From the IMG/VR virus record IMGVR_UViG_3300032135_000015, positions 1-47,713 of that record: a stretch of 47,713 bases of DNA. One strand, written 5' to 3'. Below the pieces are notes generated by a model. That model searched no databases and had not been told where the DNA came from. It was given only the letters and a program-made list of their open reading frames with translations. Numbering within the stretch: position 1 is the stretch's first letter; each line of letters starts with the position of its first letter. The position numbers and the translations under genes were made by a program. The DNA is from a virus. Lineage: Duplodnaviria > Caudoviricetes. This document shows, in pieces, positions 27,251-37,005 of this stretch.

Positions 27251-27307
27251 AGGTCTATTATCCCATAGCCTGAGTGTTTGCTGGACGCGGCCTGTGAGCC
27301 CGTGGAC

Positions 27308-27357
27308 AAAAGAACGCCCCCGGAGAGCGATGTTCAGCTCGATCCGGGGGCGTCTCT
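27308..27357 (-). terminator. Second hairpin/terminator downstream of the capsid gene
   Basis: acgcccccgga...tccgggggcgt stem with an A-tract on the + strand. Confidence 0.6.
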
Positions 27358-27415
27358 GGGGCCTTAGTCGGGAGGACGACCGTGCCTAAGACAATGCTAC
27401 CTCATTTAGCGCACT

Positions 27416-27451
27416 AAAAAACCGCCCCGGCTTGTGGCCGAGGCGGTTCTT
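27416..27451 (-). terminator. Intrinsic terminator after the major capsid gene
   Basis: aaccgcc...ggcggtt stem followed by a U-run on the - strand. Confidence 0.8.
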
Positions 27452-27467
27452 TGTGGAGCGGTGCGGG

Positions 27468-28589
27468 TTAGGCGCCGGTTCCGTCAGACTTCACCACGTA
27501 GATGCTGTCCCACAACGCAGCCCCTACAGGGTAGCGGAAGCGGAAGTCGATCGAGTCAGCATCGAAGCTGCCCTCGAACGGTGAAACCGCGGCGCCACCG
27601 ACGTAGGAACCCTGTGCGCCGTCAACGCGAAGCTCGGGAGCCTCGTGTCCACGAAGACGCAGAAGCTCCAGCACGGGGCGACGAGTCGTTCCCGGCTTGG
27701 GGATGAGGTACCACTCGGTCCCGCTGAGGCGATCCGACTCGATCGTGGTCACGCCGGCGATCGCGCCCTGGTCGTAGGGGGCGTAGGTGGTGACGCCGTC
27801 AACGACCGAGATGACCGGGCGGTTGATCTTGTAGTCGATGAAGTCCTTCATGCCCACGGCCACGATGACGTTGTATCCGCTGGCGCGGCCAATCATGCGG
27901 TCGTTGACGGTGCGAGTGGACTCCTCGCGGATTGCCTGGTGAATGGCGGTCGGGCTCACTGCGGCGTTGACCGGGATGACCGTGTCGTCCGGGAGGATGC
28001 CACCCTGGAGGATGCGCTCAGCGCCGGTGCCGTCGATCAGTGCGTCATACACTTCGGCAACCTCGGTGTCGAGGGAGACGGCGAGCATCTCGGACGGCAG
28101 CGAGTCGAAGAAGCCGATGGTGTCGTTGACCTGAGCTTCCCAGGTGTAGGCGAACCGGAAACCGTGCTTGGCCATCGAGGCGTAAGCCGATTCCTGACCC
28201 TTGACGGTGACGTGCGGGTACGGCGTGTTCTCGGGAACCTTGGCCGCGGCGCCATTGGCTCCGATGCCATTGCCCTTGAGGTCTCCGAAAAGACCCTGGA
28301 GCACGACGGGGCGGAAGTCGGGCACGGTGCGAACCGATGCAACCGGCGACCATGCGCGCTCGGCCTTGTCGAACTGGGGGATGAAGTTCAGCGACGTGAG
28401 GTACGCCGTGTTGAACATCGCGTCCGAGGAGGTGACGGTCTCGCGGAAGATCGCGTCAGAGACGCGGTCGCCGGACATGGCCTTCTCCATGAGGCCCTTG
28501 GCGGCAAGCACCTTGGCCTTGGAAATGCCGGCATAAGGCGTCAGGCGGCCATCGAGGGTGAACTTGTTTTCGTACACGCGCTCAACCAT
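27468..28589 (-). CDS. Major capsid protein (HK97 fold)
   Basis: 373 aa after the protease and cement genes. 'V.E...YP', 'K.G..F..TWE..VND' and 'F..D.I.FR.R' patterns. Followed by a terminator. Confidence 0.9.
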   Translation of the reverse strand: MVERVYENKFTLDGRLTPYAGISKAKVLAAKGLMEKAMSGDRVSDAIFRETVTSSDAMFNTAYLTSLNFIPQFDKAERAWSPVASVRTVPDFRPVVLQGLFGDLKGNGIGANGAAAKVPENTPYPHVTVKGQESAYASMAKHGFRFAYTWEAQVNDTIGFFDSLPSEMLAVSLDTEVAEVYDALIDGTGAERILQGGILPDDTVIPVNAAVSPTAIHQAIREESTRTVNDRMIGRASGYNVIVAVGMKDFIDYKINRPVISVVDGVTTYAPYDQGAIAGVTTIESDRLSGTEWYLIPKPGTTRRPVLELLRLRGHEAPELRVDGAQGSYVGGAAVSPFEGSFDADSIDFRFRYPVGAALWDSIYVVKSDGTGA

Positions 28590-29020
28590 TAGGCGAACAC
28601 TCCGATCTTGATGGGAAGGACGCCCGCTACGCGGATGTAGCCCTTGGGGTAGTTGACCTTGCCGAATACGGGGGAGAGGGTGGGGTCGACGTTCTCGGTG
28701 AGAGTGACGCCGTCCACGTCGTCAAAGTAGACGAGCGTGTTGGCCGGGGTCGTGGTGAGTCCGCCGAGAGTGTCAAGCTCCCAAGTGCCGTCTGTGGCGA
28801 TGGATGCTTCTCCAGCGTCCAGTCCGACGCCGCCCTGCGGGATGCCGCTGATCGTGTACGGACCAACCGACTCGCTGGTGACGTAGTCGCCGGTGCCGGT
28901 GAGCGTCACGCCGGCCTGGCCGGAAATGCTCAGGACGGCAACGCCGGGAGCGGTGAGTGCGCCGAGATCCCAGAACTCGTTGAGAGCGTCAGTGTTGCGG
29001 AATACGAGGTTGTCGGCCAT
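28589..29020 (-). CDS. Capsid cement/decoration protein (DUF2190-like)
   Basis: Gly-rich 143-aa protein between the scaffold and capsid genes. Confidence 0.7.
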   Translation of the reverse strand: MADNLVFRNTDALNEFWDLGALTAPGVAVLSISGQAGVTLTGTGDYVTSESVGPYTISGIPQGGVGLDAGEASIATDGTWELDTLGGLTTTPANTLVYFDDVDGVTLTENVDPTLSPVFGKVNYPKGYIRVAGVLPIKIGVFA

Positions 29021-29967
29021 TAGCTGAGTCCGTTCACGGTGAAGTCGTCCTTGGAGTTGTCGGCGCCTTCGACAACGCGGCCAGCGGGTGTGGCGTCGGC
29101 CTTGGCCTCGGCGAGATACTCGTCCCGGAGGGCGGTCTCGGCCAGGATGGCGTCTTCGACGGCCGTGCCGCCGGTAACGCTCTCCAGTACGCGCTTGCGA
29201 CCATTCTCCGAAAGCTTCGCCGTAGCGAGCTTGTCTGCAACCGCAAGAGCTTCGACCCGAACGGTCTTGGCGTCGGTAGCCGACTCGGAGAGAGTGATCA
29301 CGGAATCGACCTTGGCCTCAAGTGCGACGAACTTGGCGTCAACGCTTGCGGTGAAGGCTGTAAAGAGATCCTTGATCTCGTCCATGTGCTTTCCCTTTTT
29401 TTCTGCTTCGGATACTGCGGTTGCAGAACCGTTGAATGTGGGGTCGGGGTTTCCCTCGACAGTGCGGTAACTCTCCGTCGCGCGCTCAAAGCGGCCACCG
29501 CGGCCGGCGGCAACGACGATGTCAACCGAGCGGTACGGGTCGGCGCCGTCAAACGATTCCACCATGTACTCGCCCTCAACGACCTTGCCGGTGCCGGCAA
29601 TGTAGATGGAGAGGCCGAGTGCATCGGCGTATTCCTCGATGAAGGCGGCGCGCTGGGGGTTGGAGGAGTTGGGCTTGTACTCGCCGTAGAGGCCGTAGAC
29701 GCCGTCAACTTCTTTGCCCTCAACGGCTCCGACCAGACGGCCGGCGATGTCTTCTGCCGGGCGAAGGTGAGGCTTCTCGGGGTCGAGCGGGTGATTCATG
29801 AAGGAGAGGGCTGCCGTGAAGGCGTCGATGTTCTCTTCCAGCATGGCGCGCGTGTAGGTTCCGCTGGAGCCTTTTCCTTCGCTGATGATGCGAACGGGGT
29901 AAGTCGTCGCACCTTCGGCTGGCTTGGAGATGGTGCCGGCCTCGTTGAGAATGCGCCGTGTAGTCAT
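29020..29967 (-). CDS. Capsid maturation protease / scaffold fusion
   Basis: 'F.NH', 'GLSI' and 'SVD.V..AG.GG' prohead protease motifs, with a helical C-terminal scaffold. Confidence 0.85.
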   Translation of the reverse strand: MTTRRILNEAGTISKPAEGATTYPVRIISEGKGSSGTYTRAMLEENIDAFTAALSFMNHPLDPEKPHLRPAEDIAGRLVGAVEGKEVDGVYGLYGEYKPNSSNPQRAAFIEEYADALGLSIYIAGTGKVVEGEYMVESFDGADPYRSVDIVVAAGRGGRFERATESYRTVEGNPDPTFNGSATAVSEAEKKGKHMDEIKDLFTAFTASVDAKFVALEAKVDSVITLSESATDAKTVRVEALAVADKLATAKLSENGRKRVLESVTGGTAVEDAILAETALRDEYLAEAKADATPAGRVVEGADNSKDDFTVNGLS

Positions 29968-29989
29968 ACGTCAATGTTACACGAAACTG

Positions 29990-30021
29990 GGAGGCTCCCG
30001 AGTGTTTGCTGGGAGCCTCCT
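29990..30021. terminator. Hairpin between the portal and protease genes
   Basis: ggaggctccc...gggagcctcc, 10-bp stem. Confidence 0.55.
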
Positions 30022-30036
30022 GAATCGTGCAGTGCG

Positions 30037-31599
30037 CTATTTGGTCAGAGTGTCGGTTCGCATGTCGTTCGCGTCAACTCCTGGACCGACGCCGGCGCCC
30101 GAGCCTTGCGTGCTCGCCATGTCGCCGCCATTGGCCGCGTTCTTGTCCGCGAGCTTGCTGGCCGACGCGGCTGCCTTCGCGGCGCTGGCGTCGGCGACCT
30201 TCGCCTCATCTTCCAGCGTCTTGGTGTTGTTGGGCAGCATGACACCGTCCGGCACGGCGATGTTCGTCGTGTCGTTGCCTTTGAGTGCCTCGAACTCGCG
30301 CTTGGCCTCGATGGCCTCGTAGAGCCCGGTACCGAACTCCAGCGCCACACCCTGCTGCGCGCGGTACAGGTCGACGGGGTCGATGATGGCGCGGAAGAAT
30401 ACGTCGGCGTCGCCGGCGCCCATCCAGAGCAGCACGCGGCGATCGAAGTCAACATGCTCGTCACGCCGCGCTTCCATCGCCAGGCGGGTGGGCAGGTCCA
30501 GGGTGGAGGCCGAGGTGGTGCCGGCGCCGGCCGAGCCAGGGTCGGAGGTGAGGCTGATCGCGGACACGTCCAAGCTGGCGGCGATGATGGCCACAACCGA
30601 GCGGAGCCCGTCAAAGTCGTAGGCCTTGCCGGCACTGGAGAGCGGGACGAGGTCGTTGGATGAGCCGAGGTTCGCGGTGGAGCCGGCCGGCGCGGAACCG
30701 CCAAGCTGCATGCTGTCGGTCGTCCCGGACGGCTTGGCCTTGCGGCTGGCCTTGAACGCGAACGTGGCCAGCGCGTGCGTCATGGTCACCCCGTCCATCG
30801 TGAGGTCGCGGGCAATGCGGCTCCACACCAGCGCGGCGAGGGCGTCCGGGCTGCCGTAGGCGAACCCGTCGACACTGTTGGCGACCTGATCGAAGATGGT
30901 GTGCGTCTGACTGACATCCTCGGGCTCGCGTCCGCCGGCAAACTTGACGGTCTTGGTGCGGTGCTCCATGAAGGTGTCGGTGAAGTACCAGACGTGCTTC
31001 ATTGTCGGGGTCGCGCCGTCCGGCTTGTAGCTCCAGGACCGGCGGTACGCCCACACGTCTTCATCGAAGTCGGGGTCGCGGAGGTCCGCGGTGATCTCGG
31101 CCAGCGGGATGGAGTGCAGCTTCTTGGTCTTGTCGTTGCCGATGTAGAAGGCGATCGAGTCAGAGTAGAGGCAGCCTTCACGGCGGGCACGGGCGGACTG
31201 GCCGAAAAAGTTCCGCTGGTTCATGGGCTGGTCGATGAGCTTCTGCACGTTGACGCCGCGGCCCTGAGCGGCGCCCTTGATGCCGGCGTACTTGATCCCG
31301 CCCTGCCAGATGTAGGAGCGACGGAGGGAGAGGCCGCGCTTGATGTGCGGGTTGCCGACCTGGGCGTTGCGGATCTGGCCGGACCAGTCTTTCAGCTCGG
31401 CCAGCGACATGCCGTTTTCTTCGGCCGACGTGAACTGCTTGAGCCACCCCATGTCTTCGCGCGCAAACATCGCCGTGACCTGATCGAGGCCTTCCTGCAA
31501 GGTGGTGTTCTGGTCGACAAGATCGGAGACCGTCTCGCGGAGGATGTGGGCTTCGGCGTTTTTCTGCGCTTCGCCGAGTTGCAATGTTTTAGAGGCCAT
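30037..31599 (-). CDS. Portal protein
   Basis: 520 aa, directly after the large terminase and before the protease. Confidence 0.85.
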   Translation of the reverse strand: MASKTLQLGEAQKNAEAHILRETVSDLVDQNTTLQEGLDQVTAMFAREDMGWLKQFTSAEENGMSLAELKDWSGQIRNAQVGNPHIKRGLSLRRSYIWQGGIKYAGIKGAAQGRGVNVQKLIDQPMNQRNFFGQSARARREGCLYSDSIAFYIGNDKTKKLHSIPLAEITADLRDPDFDEDVWAYRRSWSYKPDGATPTMKHVWYFTDTFMEHRTKTVKFAGGREPEDVSQTHTIFDQVANSVDGFAYGSPDALAALVWSRIARDLTMDGVTMTHALATFAFKASRKAKPSGTTDSMQLGGSAPAGSTANLGSSNDLVPLSSAGKAYDFDGLRSVVAIIAASLDVSAISLTSDPGSAGAGTTSASTLDLPTRLAMEARRDEHVDFDRRVLLWMGAGDADVFFRAIIDPVDLYRAQQGVALEFGTGLYEAIEAKREFEALKGNDTTNIAVPDGVMLPNNTKTLEDEAKVADASAAKAAASASKLADKNAANGGDMASTQGSGAGVGPGVDANDMRTDTLTK

Positions 31600-31638
31600 T
31601 CAGCTAGTTTACAGGCTTATTTCAGCCTTTTCCCAGCT

Positions 31639-33285
31639 TTACATGGGATAGCCGGGTCCACCCCGCTCCGAATCCATAACATCCCAGGGGTCCATGTTCA
31701 CATGATCGCCCTTGTTGAGGTGCCCGTTCGGGTCATTGACCAGCGGGCTCGTGTCCAGGGCCGCGTTGATCACGGCGTCCAGCCGGTCAGGGGAGCCGCC
31801 GAGCGCACCCTTCATGTCGTACTTGCTGGTGATCTGCACAGCCCGGCGCTTGTCGAAGTCGTAGGTGATGATGAGCAGTTCGTCGCTCAGGTGGGTGTCG
31901 TCCGGGTCCAGGTCGATGAGGCCTTCGTGCATGAGGGATTTCAGGTTGTCGTGGTTTTGCGCGCGTGCGTTGTGCCACTTGTTGCGGTCGGCAGACATTT
32001 CGGAGCCGACGCTGCGGACGACGACGTAGCACTTGTTGTTGAATTCATCCAAGCGGTACAGCATGGTGGCGACACCACCACCGAGCCCGGCCGCGTCCAC
32101 GCGCACTTCCGTGGCGCCCAGATACGTCGCTATCGCATGGATGCGCCGGGCGCTGGTCACCTCATCTTCTTTCGCCCACACGCCGGTGGTCTTGCGCTCG
32201 TTGCCGCCGTCGTCGTACTTGATCGACTTGTCGAACAGCCGGATGTGGCCGCCGCGGTTCACATACACGACCGACTCATCCTCACCCATCGCCGCGAGGT
32301 CGACGCCGATGACGGTGGACGTGCCGGCGATGTCGATGTTGGTCTCATGGCTGAGGGTCACGTCATCTTCGGGGAAGAAGGAGTTGTCCGTCTCGCCAGG
32401 GAACTCGCCGAGCACCTTGGCCAGGAAGCGCGCGTCAGGCTTGCCGGTGGAGGAGCGCCACGCGCGCTCTTTGTGCTCGATCCAGCGCCGGGACGTGAGC
32501 CCTTTCATCATGGCTTCTTGCTTCTGGCTGTCGTTCGGGTAGACGATTTCGCCGGTCATTGTCGGCAGGTCGTAGGCGCTGATCGTGAACAGGTTCCACT
32601 CGTCGGCCTGGCGCGAGTCGGTGAACAAGCGGTGGAAGGGGGTGGCGCGGCGGTCAGGGTTTCCGATGCCGGCAAACCGGGACTCGTCACCGGTGAGCAC
32701 GGCCTCGGCTGCGGTGAACAGGTCTTCGGGCAGCCCGCCCATTTCATCGAAGCCGACAAACGTGCGGCGCTTTCGTGTCCCCTGGAAGCTGGAGACAATG
32801 TCTTGGTCGGCGGGGCGCTTGCCGAATGCGACCGTGCCTTTACCGGACCCGTCCGGCTTGTCGTAATTCCATTCCAGCTTCTCGGAGATCCAGCCGAGCG
32901 GCGCCGGCCCTTTCCCGAGCTTGTGCTGGGAGGCCATGTAGCCCCAGTTGTCTTTCAGCATCTTGTAGACGACGCGCTCGATCTGGTCGCGGCCGTTGGC
33001 GGACGTGATAGCCAGCGCCTCGTCGGCGGGGAACGCGGACACCCACCACGTCTGAATGTCGGAGAGAATGAACGACTTGCCGGCACCGTTGGAGCTTTTC
33101 ACGGCGGTGCGGATTTTGCCGTTGGTCGGGGTGGTGATCGCCGTGGCGATCTCGTTCATCTTCGAGTAGTAGCGCCGCCCGAGCACGTCGGATGACCACG
33201 CGAGGAAGTCCGTCCGGTACAGGCGGTTGCGGGAGCGGTCGGAAATCTCGGCCATCGCCGTATCGAATACGGCACTATCGAGCAT
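31639..33285 (-). CDS. terL: Terminase large subunit
   Basis: Walker A 'SNGAGKS', Walker B 'FVGFDE', 'GNP' motif, nuclease motifs 'GVDLA' and 'SPDRLDA'. Confidence 0.95.
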   Translation of the reverse strand: MLDSAVFDTAMAEISDRSRNRLYRTDFLAWSSDVLGRRYYSKMNEIATAITTPTNGKIRTAVKSSNGAGKSFILSDIQTWWVSAFPADEALAITSANGRDQIERVVYKMLKDNWGYMASQHKLGKGPAPLGWISEKLEWNYDKPDGSGKGTVAFGKRPADQDIVSSFQGTRKRRTFVGFDEMGGLPEDLFTAAEAVLTGDESRFAGIGNPDRRATPFHRLFTDSRQADEWNLFTISAYDLPTMTGEIVYPNDSQKQEAMMKGLTSRRWIEHKERAWRSSTGKPDARFLAKVLGEFPGETDNSFFPEDDVTLSHETNIDIAGTSTVIGVDLAAMGEDESVVYVNRGGHIRLFDKSIKYDDGGNERKTTGVWAKEDEVTSARRIHAIATYLGATEVRVDAAGLGGGVATMLYRLDEFNNKCYVVVRSVGSEMSADRNKWHNARAQNHDNLKSLMHEGLIDLDPDDTHLSDELLIITYDFDKRRAVQITSKYDMKGALGGSPDRLDAVINAALDTSPLVNDPNGHLNKGDHVNMDPWDVMDSERGGPGYPM

Positions 33286-33788
33286 TATTCGTCTATCGCT
33301 TCGTGCTTGGCAATTTCGGCCTGCGCGTTACGCAGCGCCTCCTGCACGAGGGCATCCCACTGGTCGGCGTCGATCTCTTTGCGCAGGGCGCCTTTCATGA
33401 ACGTGAGCGCCAGGTCAACAACCTGGCCCATGATGCGGCCCTGGTTGTTGTAGAGCTTGTTCAGGTCGGCGTCTTTGGCGGTCTCGCGCTTGTCGAGTCG
33501 GCCGCCGATCTCTTTGAGCAGTTTCAGGCGCGCCGAAAAGTTGTCGTTGTCCATGAAGCGGCCTTCCAGCGTGAGCAGGATGCGCTTCATCTTGTAGCTG
33601 ATCAGCGCGTCTTCTTGGGCCGCGGTGAGCCAGTTCTTCGACTTGAGGAGGGTCTGGGTGTGGGCAGCGACCTTGGCCGGCGAGATGACACCGCCGAGCG
33701 CGCGACTGATTTCTTCGGGGCTGTGATTGTCGGCGAGCTGGAGGATCTTGTCGTCAATCTTGTTGGCGGGCCGGGGTGCGATGTCCAT
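33285..33788 (-). CDS. Probable terminase small subunit
   Basis: N-terminal HTH-like segment and helical body, coupled to terL. Start at ATG 33788 behind a -10 box. Confidence 0.55.
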   Translation of the reverse strand: MDIAPRPANKIDDKILQLADNHSPEEISRALGGVISPAKVAAHTQTLLKSKNWLTAAQEDALISYKMKRILLTLEGRFMDNDNFSARLKLLKEIGGRLDKRETAKDADLNKLYNNQGRIMGQVVDLALTFMKGALRKEIDADQWDALVQEALRNAQAEIAKHEAIDE

Positions 33789-33832
33789 AGCGTTCAGCTT
33801 ATCATCAGCAAACTCACAGGAAGATGGGCAGC

Positions 33833-33868
33833 AAAAAACCCCACGTCCGGGGGGAGACGTGGGGCTTT
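33833..33868 (-). terminator. Intrinsic terminator after the DGQHR gene
   Basis: ccccacgtc...gacgtgggg stem with a U6 tract on the - strand. Confidence 0.8.
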
Positions 33869-33884
33869 CGGCCAACTCTACAGG

Positions 33885-35309
33885 CTACTTGGCCACTTCG
33901 GGAATCGCGGCGCCAATGACGGTGTAACCCGAGCCGTAGTCAAGCTCCTCGTCCTCGCCTTCGGGCGTCGGCCGCGGTGCCGGCGGCTCATCCAGGAACG
34001 CCGGCTTTTCGATCGCCCACGCAATGAGCGTGTTCTGAAGCAGCTCAAGATCCTGCCGGCGACCGTGCGGCGCCATCCCGCCCAGCGTGAACAGGTCGCG
34101 CGGAGCCTCCTTCATCCAGATGCTCTCCTCGTAGACCGGCCCGGCCATGTGCGGCGCCAGGCGGGCCAGAAACTCGGTGGCCAGCGTGTCATTGAAAGCG
34201 TGCTTGTGGACAAGCTCGTAGTACGTTCCGGCGAGCACGCGCAGCATGAGGATGGACCCGAGCAGGCTGGTTTTACGCAGCGTGTCCGGCGGGAGCTGTC
34301 CGAGAGTGAGAGCCTCGAACTGCGGGAAAGCCTTCTGCGTCACGGTCAGGAACTTCTTGGCCGCGTCGGCCATGTCGCGCTCCTTGAACTCATCCTCGTT
34401 GCGCCGGCTGATCCGACCGTTGAGCCCCACCTTGAGGATGCGGATGATTTCAACGAGGTGCTTGGCGCCCATCATGTAGGGCGAGCCGCGGCCGATGCGG
34501 TCGCCTTCCGGGTCCACCCGGCCGGTGAGGAGCGGGTGGCCGAGCGTGAGGCCGTAGGCACGGTTGACGACCTTGCGGTTGTCGAAGCGCGTCTTGACGC
34601 TCGCCGTGATGCCCAGCGCGTTGTCGGCGATGTCAAAAAACATCTGCTTGTAGGCGGTCATGTCTTCTTCGACAAAGATCTGCACCGTAATTCGCTCGTC
34701 GGAGAGGCGCTTGCGCTGCTTCTCTAGCTCACTAATTCGGCCCCGAGCGAGAGCGACAGCCTTGCCGGTGGGCTCGACGCGGCGCGCGCTGGCCAGGTCG
34801 GAGCGAGCTTTGTCCAGGTCACCGGCGATCCCTTTCAGCGCGAGGTGGATGCCGAGGATGCGGTGCTGGCCGTCCAGGATGTGTAGGTCCATGAGGGAGA
34901 GGCGCGGGAAGCTGACATAGCCGAACTCGGCCCCGTTCACTTCCGCGATCGTGTCGAAGTGGAAGATGGCCGGGGCGCGCAGGATCATGGCCGGCGCGAT
35001 CCACTGACTGTGCTCGCGGATGTACTTGCCGAAGCCGATGGCGTGGGCCGGCCGGATGGCGCGGTTGCCGGGGGAGGGGGTGAGCGGGTCAGGCTCGGAA
35101 ATGAGCGCGGCGATCTCCACCGGCGACAGGTCCAGGCCGTAGACAACACGGCCGCCCTGCTTGTACTTGGAGGCGTAGAACCGCAGGTCGGTGTCGTAGC
35201 CGCTAATGATCGGCGCCGCGGTGGGCGTGGCGTCGATGGTGGGCAGGGCGCTCTCGGTCGGGGTAGCTGGGGCCTTCTTCGTTGCGGTTGCCACGATGTC
35301 CTCCTTCAT
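33885..35309 (-). CDS. DGQHR-domain (DndB/ParB-like fold) protein
   Basis: 'GNRAI', 'ILDGQHRILG' and 'QMFFDIADNA' motifs characteristic of the family. Confidence 0.9.
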   Translation of the reverse strand: MKEDIVATATKKAPATPTESALPTIDATPTAAPIISGYDTDLRFYASKYKQGGRVVYGLDLSPVEIAALISEPDPLTPSPGNRAIRPAHAIGFGKYIREHSQWIAPAMILRAPAIFHFDTIAEVNGAEFGYVSFPRLSLMDLHILDGQHRILGIHLALKGIAGDLDKARSDLASARRVEPTGKAVALARGRISELEKQRKRLSDERITVQIFVEEDMTAYKQMFFDIADNALGITASVKTRFDNRKVVNRAYGLTLGHPLLTGRVDPEGDRIGRGSPYMMGAKHLVEIIRILKVGLNGRISRRNEDEFKERDMADAAKKFLTVTQKAFPQFEALTLGQLPPDTLRKTSLLGSILMLRVLAGTYYELVHKHAFNDTLATEFLARLAPHMAGPVYEESIWMKEAPRDLFTLGGMAPHGRRQDLELLQNTLIAWAIEKPAFLDEPPAPRPTPEGEDEELDYGSGYTVIGAAIPEVAK

Positions 35310-35467
35310 TTTATGGGCTAAAGAGACACCTAATGAGTGGCTCGTTTACAAAGAATATTGATATTGGACTGTTACCGCAAGTGCCCATAAGTGGGGGCAC
35401 GGATGGACGTGTCTAACCTACGATTGGTATACACAGCGTTCTGCTGTTTCACAGCTAGGAGGAGATA

Positions 35468-35671
35468 ATGTACTCGTTTCAAGAAGTCGATGGGGGGCGT
35501 ACGTTCTCCATCGACGCCAATAACGTCATGTGCCCCAATTCAGTTTTCATGCTGGGGCCACATGGGGATTGGTATGAGTTCGACCGGGCAGATTTCATGA
35601 ACGGCCTGAAAGAATGCTATGGACTCATCGAAGATCCAGTGTTCGAGCGAGGCGAGCTAGTCCCCGCCTGA
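35468..35671 (+). CDS. Small hypothetical protein, opposite orientation
   Basis: Strong AGGAGG RBS, followed by a terminator. Confidence 0.7.
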   Translation: MYSFQEVDGGRTFSIDANNVMCPNSVFMLGPHGDWYEFDRADFMNGLKECYGLIEDPVFERGELVPA

Positions 35672-35683
35672 CCCCCTGCGCAC

Positions 35684-35715
35684 AAAAGCCCCCTCCGTGA
35701 ATCGGAGGGGGCTTT
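35684..35715. terminator. Bidirectional terminator
   Basis: aaagccccctccg-tgaat-cggagggggcttt. Confidence 0.85.
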
Positions 35716-35722
35716 GTTCATG

Positions 35723-35803
35723 CTATCCGGCGGTGATCAGCACGTAGGTGACCGCGCAGCCTGAGAAGAAGTACGCCACCCGTGGGATGGCCCAGCGCCA
35801 CAC
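35723..35803 (-). CDS. Possible 26-aa membrane peptide (MWRWAIPRVAYFFSGCAVTYVLITAG)
   Basis: Not in the ORF track. GTG start overlaps the upstream TAG. Hydrophobic. Confidence 0.35.
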   Translation of the reverse strand: MWRWAIPRVAYFFSGCAVTYVLITAG

Positions 35804-36030
35804 TAGGTCACCACCTGGAGCCGGCTGATCTGCACGACGGTGCGCAATGTGCTGATCATGATGAGGGCGCTGTCCTCGTAGCAACGCAGCACGGTGCAGG
35901 CCACCTTGCCGTCCACGACGGCCTGGGCGCCCGGTGTGATGAATTCCGCGTTGGGGCCGGCGACCAATGACATCTCAGGATCTCGACGCTCCAGAATCGC
36001 TCCTACGGCCGCCTCGATGGTGACGGTCAT
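35803..36030 (-). CDS. Hypothetical protein
   Basis: ATGA-coupled to thyX. Confidence 0.6.
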   Translation of the reverse strand: MTVTIEAAVGAILERRDPEMSLVAGPNAEFITPGAQAVVDGKVACTVLRCYEDSALIMISTLRTVVQISRLQVVT

Positions 36031-36728
36031 GGTGCCACCCGTCCAGCCTTCACGAAGGCGGCGTGCGTGACCGGCATCTTCTCGGCGAACGCTTCTTCCA
36101 TCTGACGCGCCACCTGCTCGATCTCCCACTGAGGAAAGCTCGGGTACGTCGAATCCGAGTCGATCACGCGCAGACTGAGAACGTTCATCAGCGAGCGCGC
36201 GTTGATCGTCATGTGAACGGTCGAGTAGATGTTCACCGGCAGGACCATGCGGGCGACCTCGCGGGCGATGCCGTTGACGAGCATCCTGTCGTATTCCGCG
36301 TAGGCGGCGAGCGATGTTGTGCGAATGGCAAAGTTGGCACGAATGACTTGCTCTGCACTGCCGGCCTCGAAGTGGTACGCGCCCACCTTGCCCGTCTGCA
36401 CGAGTTTGCGGTCGGCATCCGGTACGTAGAACGCCGGCTCAAGCTGGCGGTAGCGCGCGCTCTCCTCGGAGTAGCTGGCGATGCGGTGGCGCATTAGTTC
36501 GCGCATGACGAAAATGGGGCAGTGAATCTCAAAGGAGAAGACGCAGTGCTCAAACGGCAGCCCGTGGCGGTCACGCATGAGCATCCCGATGAGGCCGGCA
36601 TCTTTGGCCTTGGGCGGCACGAGGGCGCCGTTGGTGCTGACACGGGCGCGGCGGGCCACGATGGCGTCCGACGCCATGTGCTCCAGCAAGTCGACGTTTA
36701 GCGCGCTAATGAACGTGGGTTGCTTCAT
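36027..36728 (-). CDS. thyX: Flavin-dependent thymidylate synthase
   Basis: Signature RHRxxSxxxxSxR (RHRIASYSEESARY), 'H..PFEH', 'E.AR.VLP' and 'QWEI'. Confidence 0.95.
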   Translation of the reverse strand: MKQPTFISALNVDLLEHMASDAIVARRARVSTNGALVPPKAKDAGLIGMLMRDRHGLPFEHCVFSFEIHCPIFVMRELMRHRIASYSEESARYRQLEPAFYVPDADRKLVQTGKVGAYHFEAGSAEQVIRANFAIRTTSLAAYAEYDRMLVNGIAREVARMVLPVNIYSTVHMTINARSLMNVLSLRVIDSDSTYPSFPQWEIEQVARQMEEAFAEKMPVTHAAFVKAGRVAP

Positions 36729-36883
36729 TTGGTCACCGCCCGCGTGGCGGTACCGGCGGCCACACCTAGGGCAACTGCGCCGCCCAGGAGCATCCAGTAT
36801 TCGTCTGTCGAGGCGTCCGACATGAACCCGAGCCCGTTGGCCAGGAGCGCGATGCCGGCATAGACCATAAGCCCGACGATCAT
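36725..36883 (-). CDS. Small two-TM membrane protein (52 aa)
   Basis: Not in the ORF track. MIVGLMVYAGIALL...WMLLGGAVALGVAAG. ATGA overlaps at both ends. Confidence 0.65.
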   Translation of the reverse strand: MIVGLMVYAGIALLANGLGFMSDASTDEYWMLLGGAVALGVAAGTATRAVTK

Positions 36884-37005
36884 GCGGCAGCCTCGGTTTC
36901 TGCGGCGGCGTCACGCGCGGCCATAGCGTGCGTGCGGTCGATGGCGGCTTGATATTCGGGAGTGCCGAGCACCAAGACGGTGCCGAGTTTAGGTTCGTAG
37001 CTCAT
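36880..37005 (-). CDS. Small hypothetical protein (41 aa)
   Basis: Not in the ORF track. MSYEPKLG...ETEAAA. ATGA overlaps at both ends. Confidence 0.6.
   Translation of the reverse strand: MSYEPKLGTVLVLGTPEYQAAIDRTHAMAARDAAAETEAAA

Noticed and set aside
26343-27296. 14-bp direct repeat GGACGCGGCCTGTG
   Set aside because: GC-rich, two copies, one inside coding sequence, with no supporting context. Plausibly chance.
30775-33195. 806-aa + strand ORF, and similar long antisense ORFs (14629-15648, 27645-28592, 29386-30663, 33192-34727)
   Set aside because: Shadow ORFs opposite well-supported genes, expected from high GC3 codon bias. No recognisable motifs.
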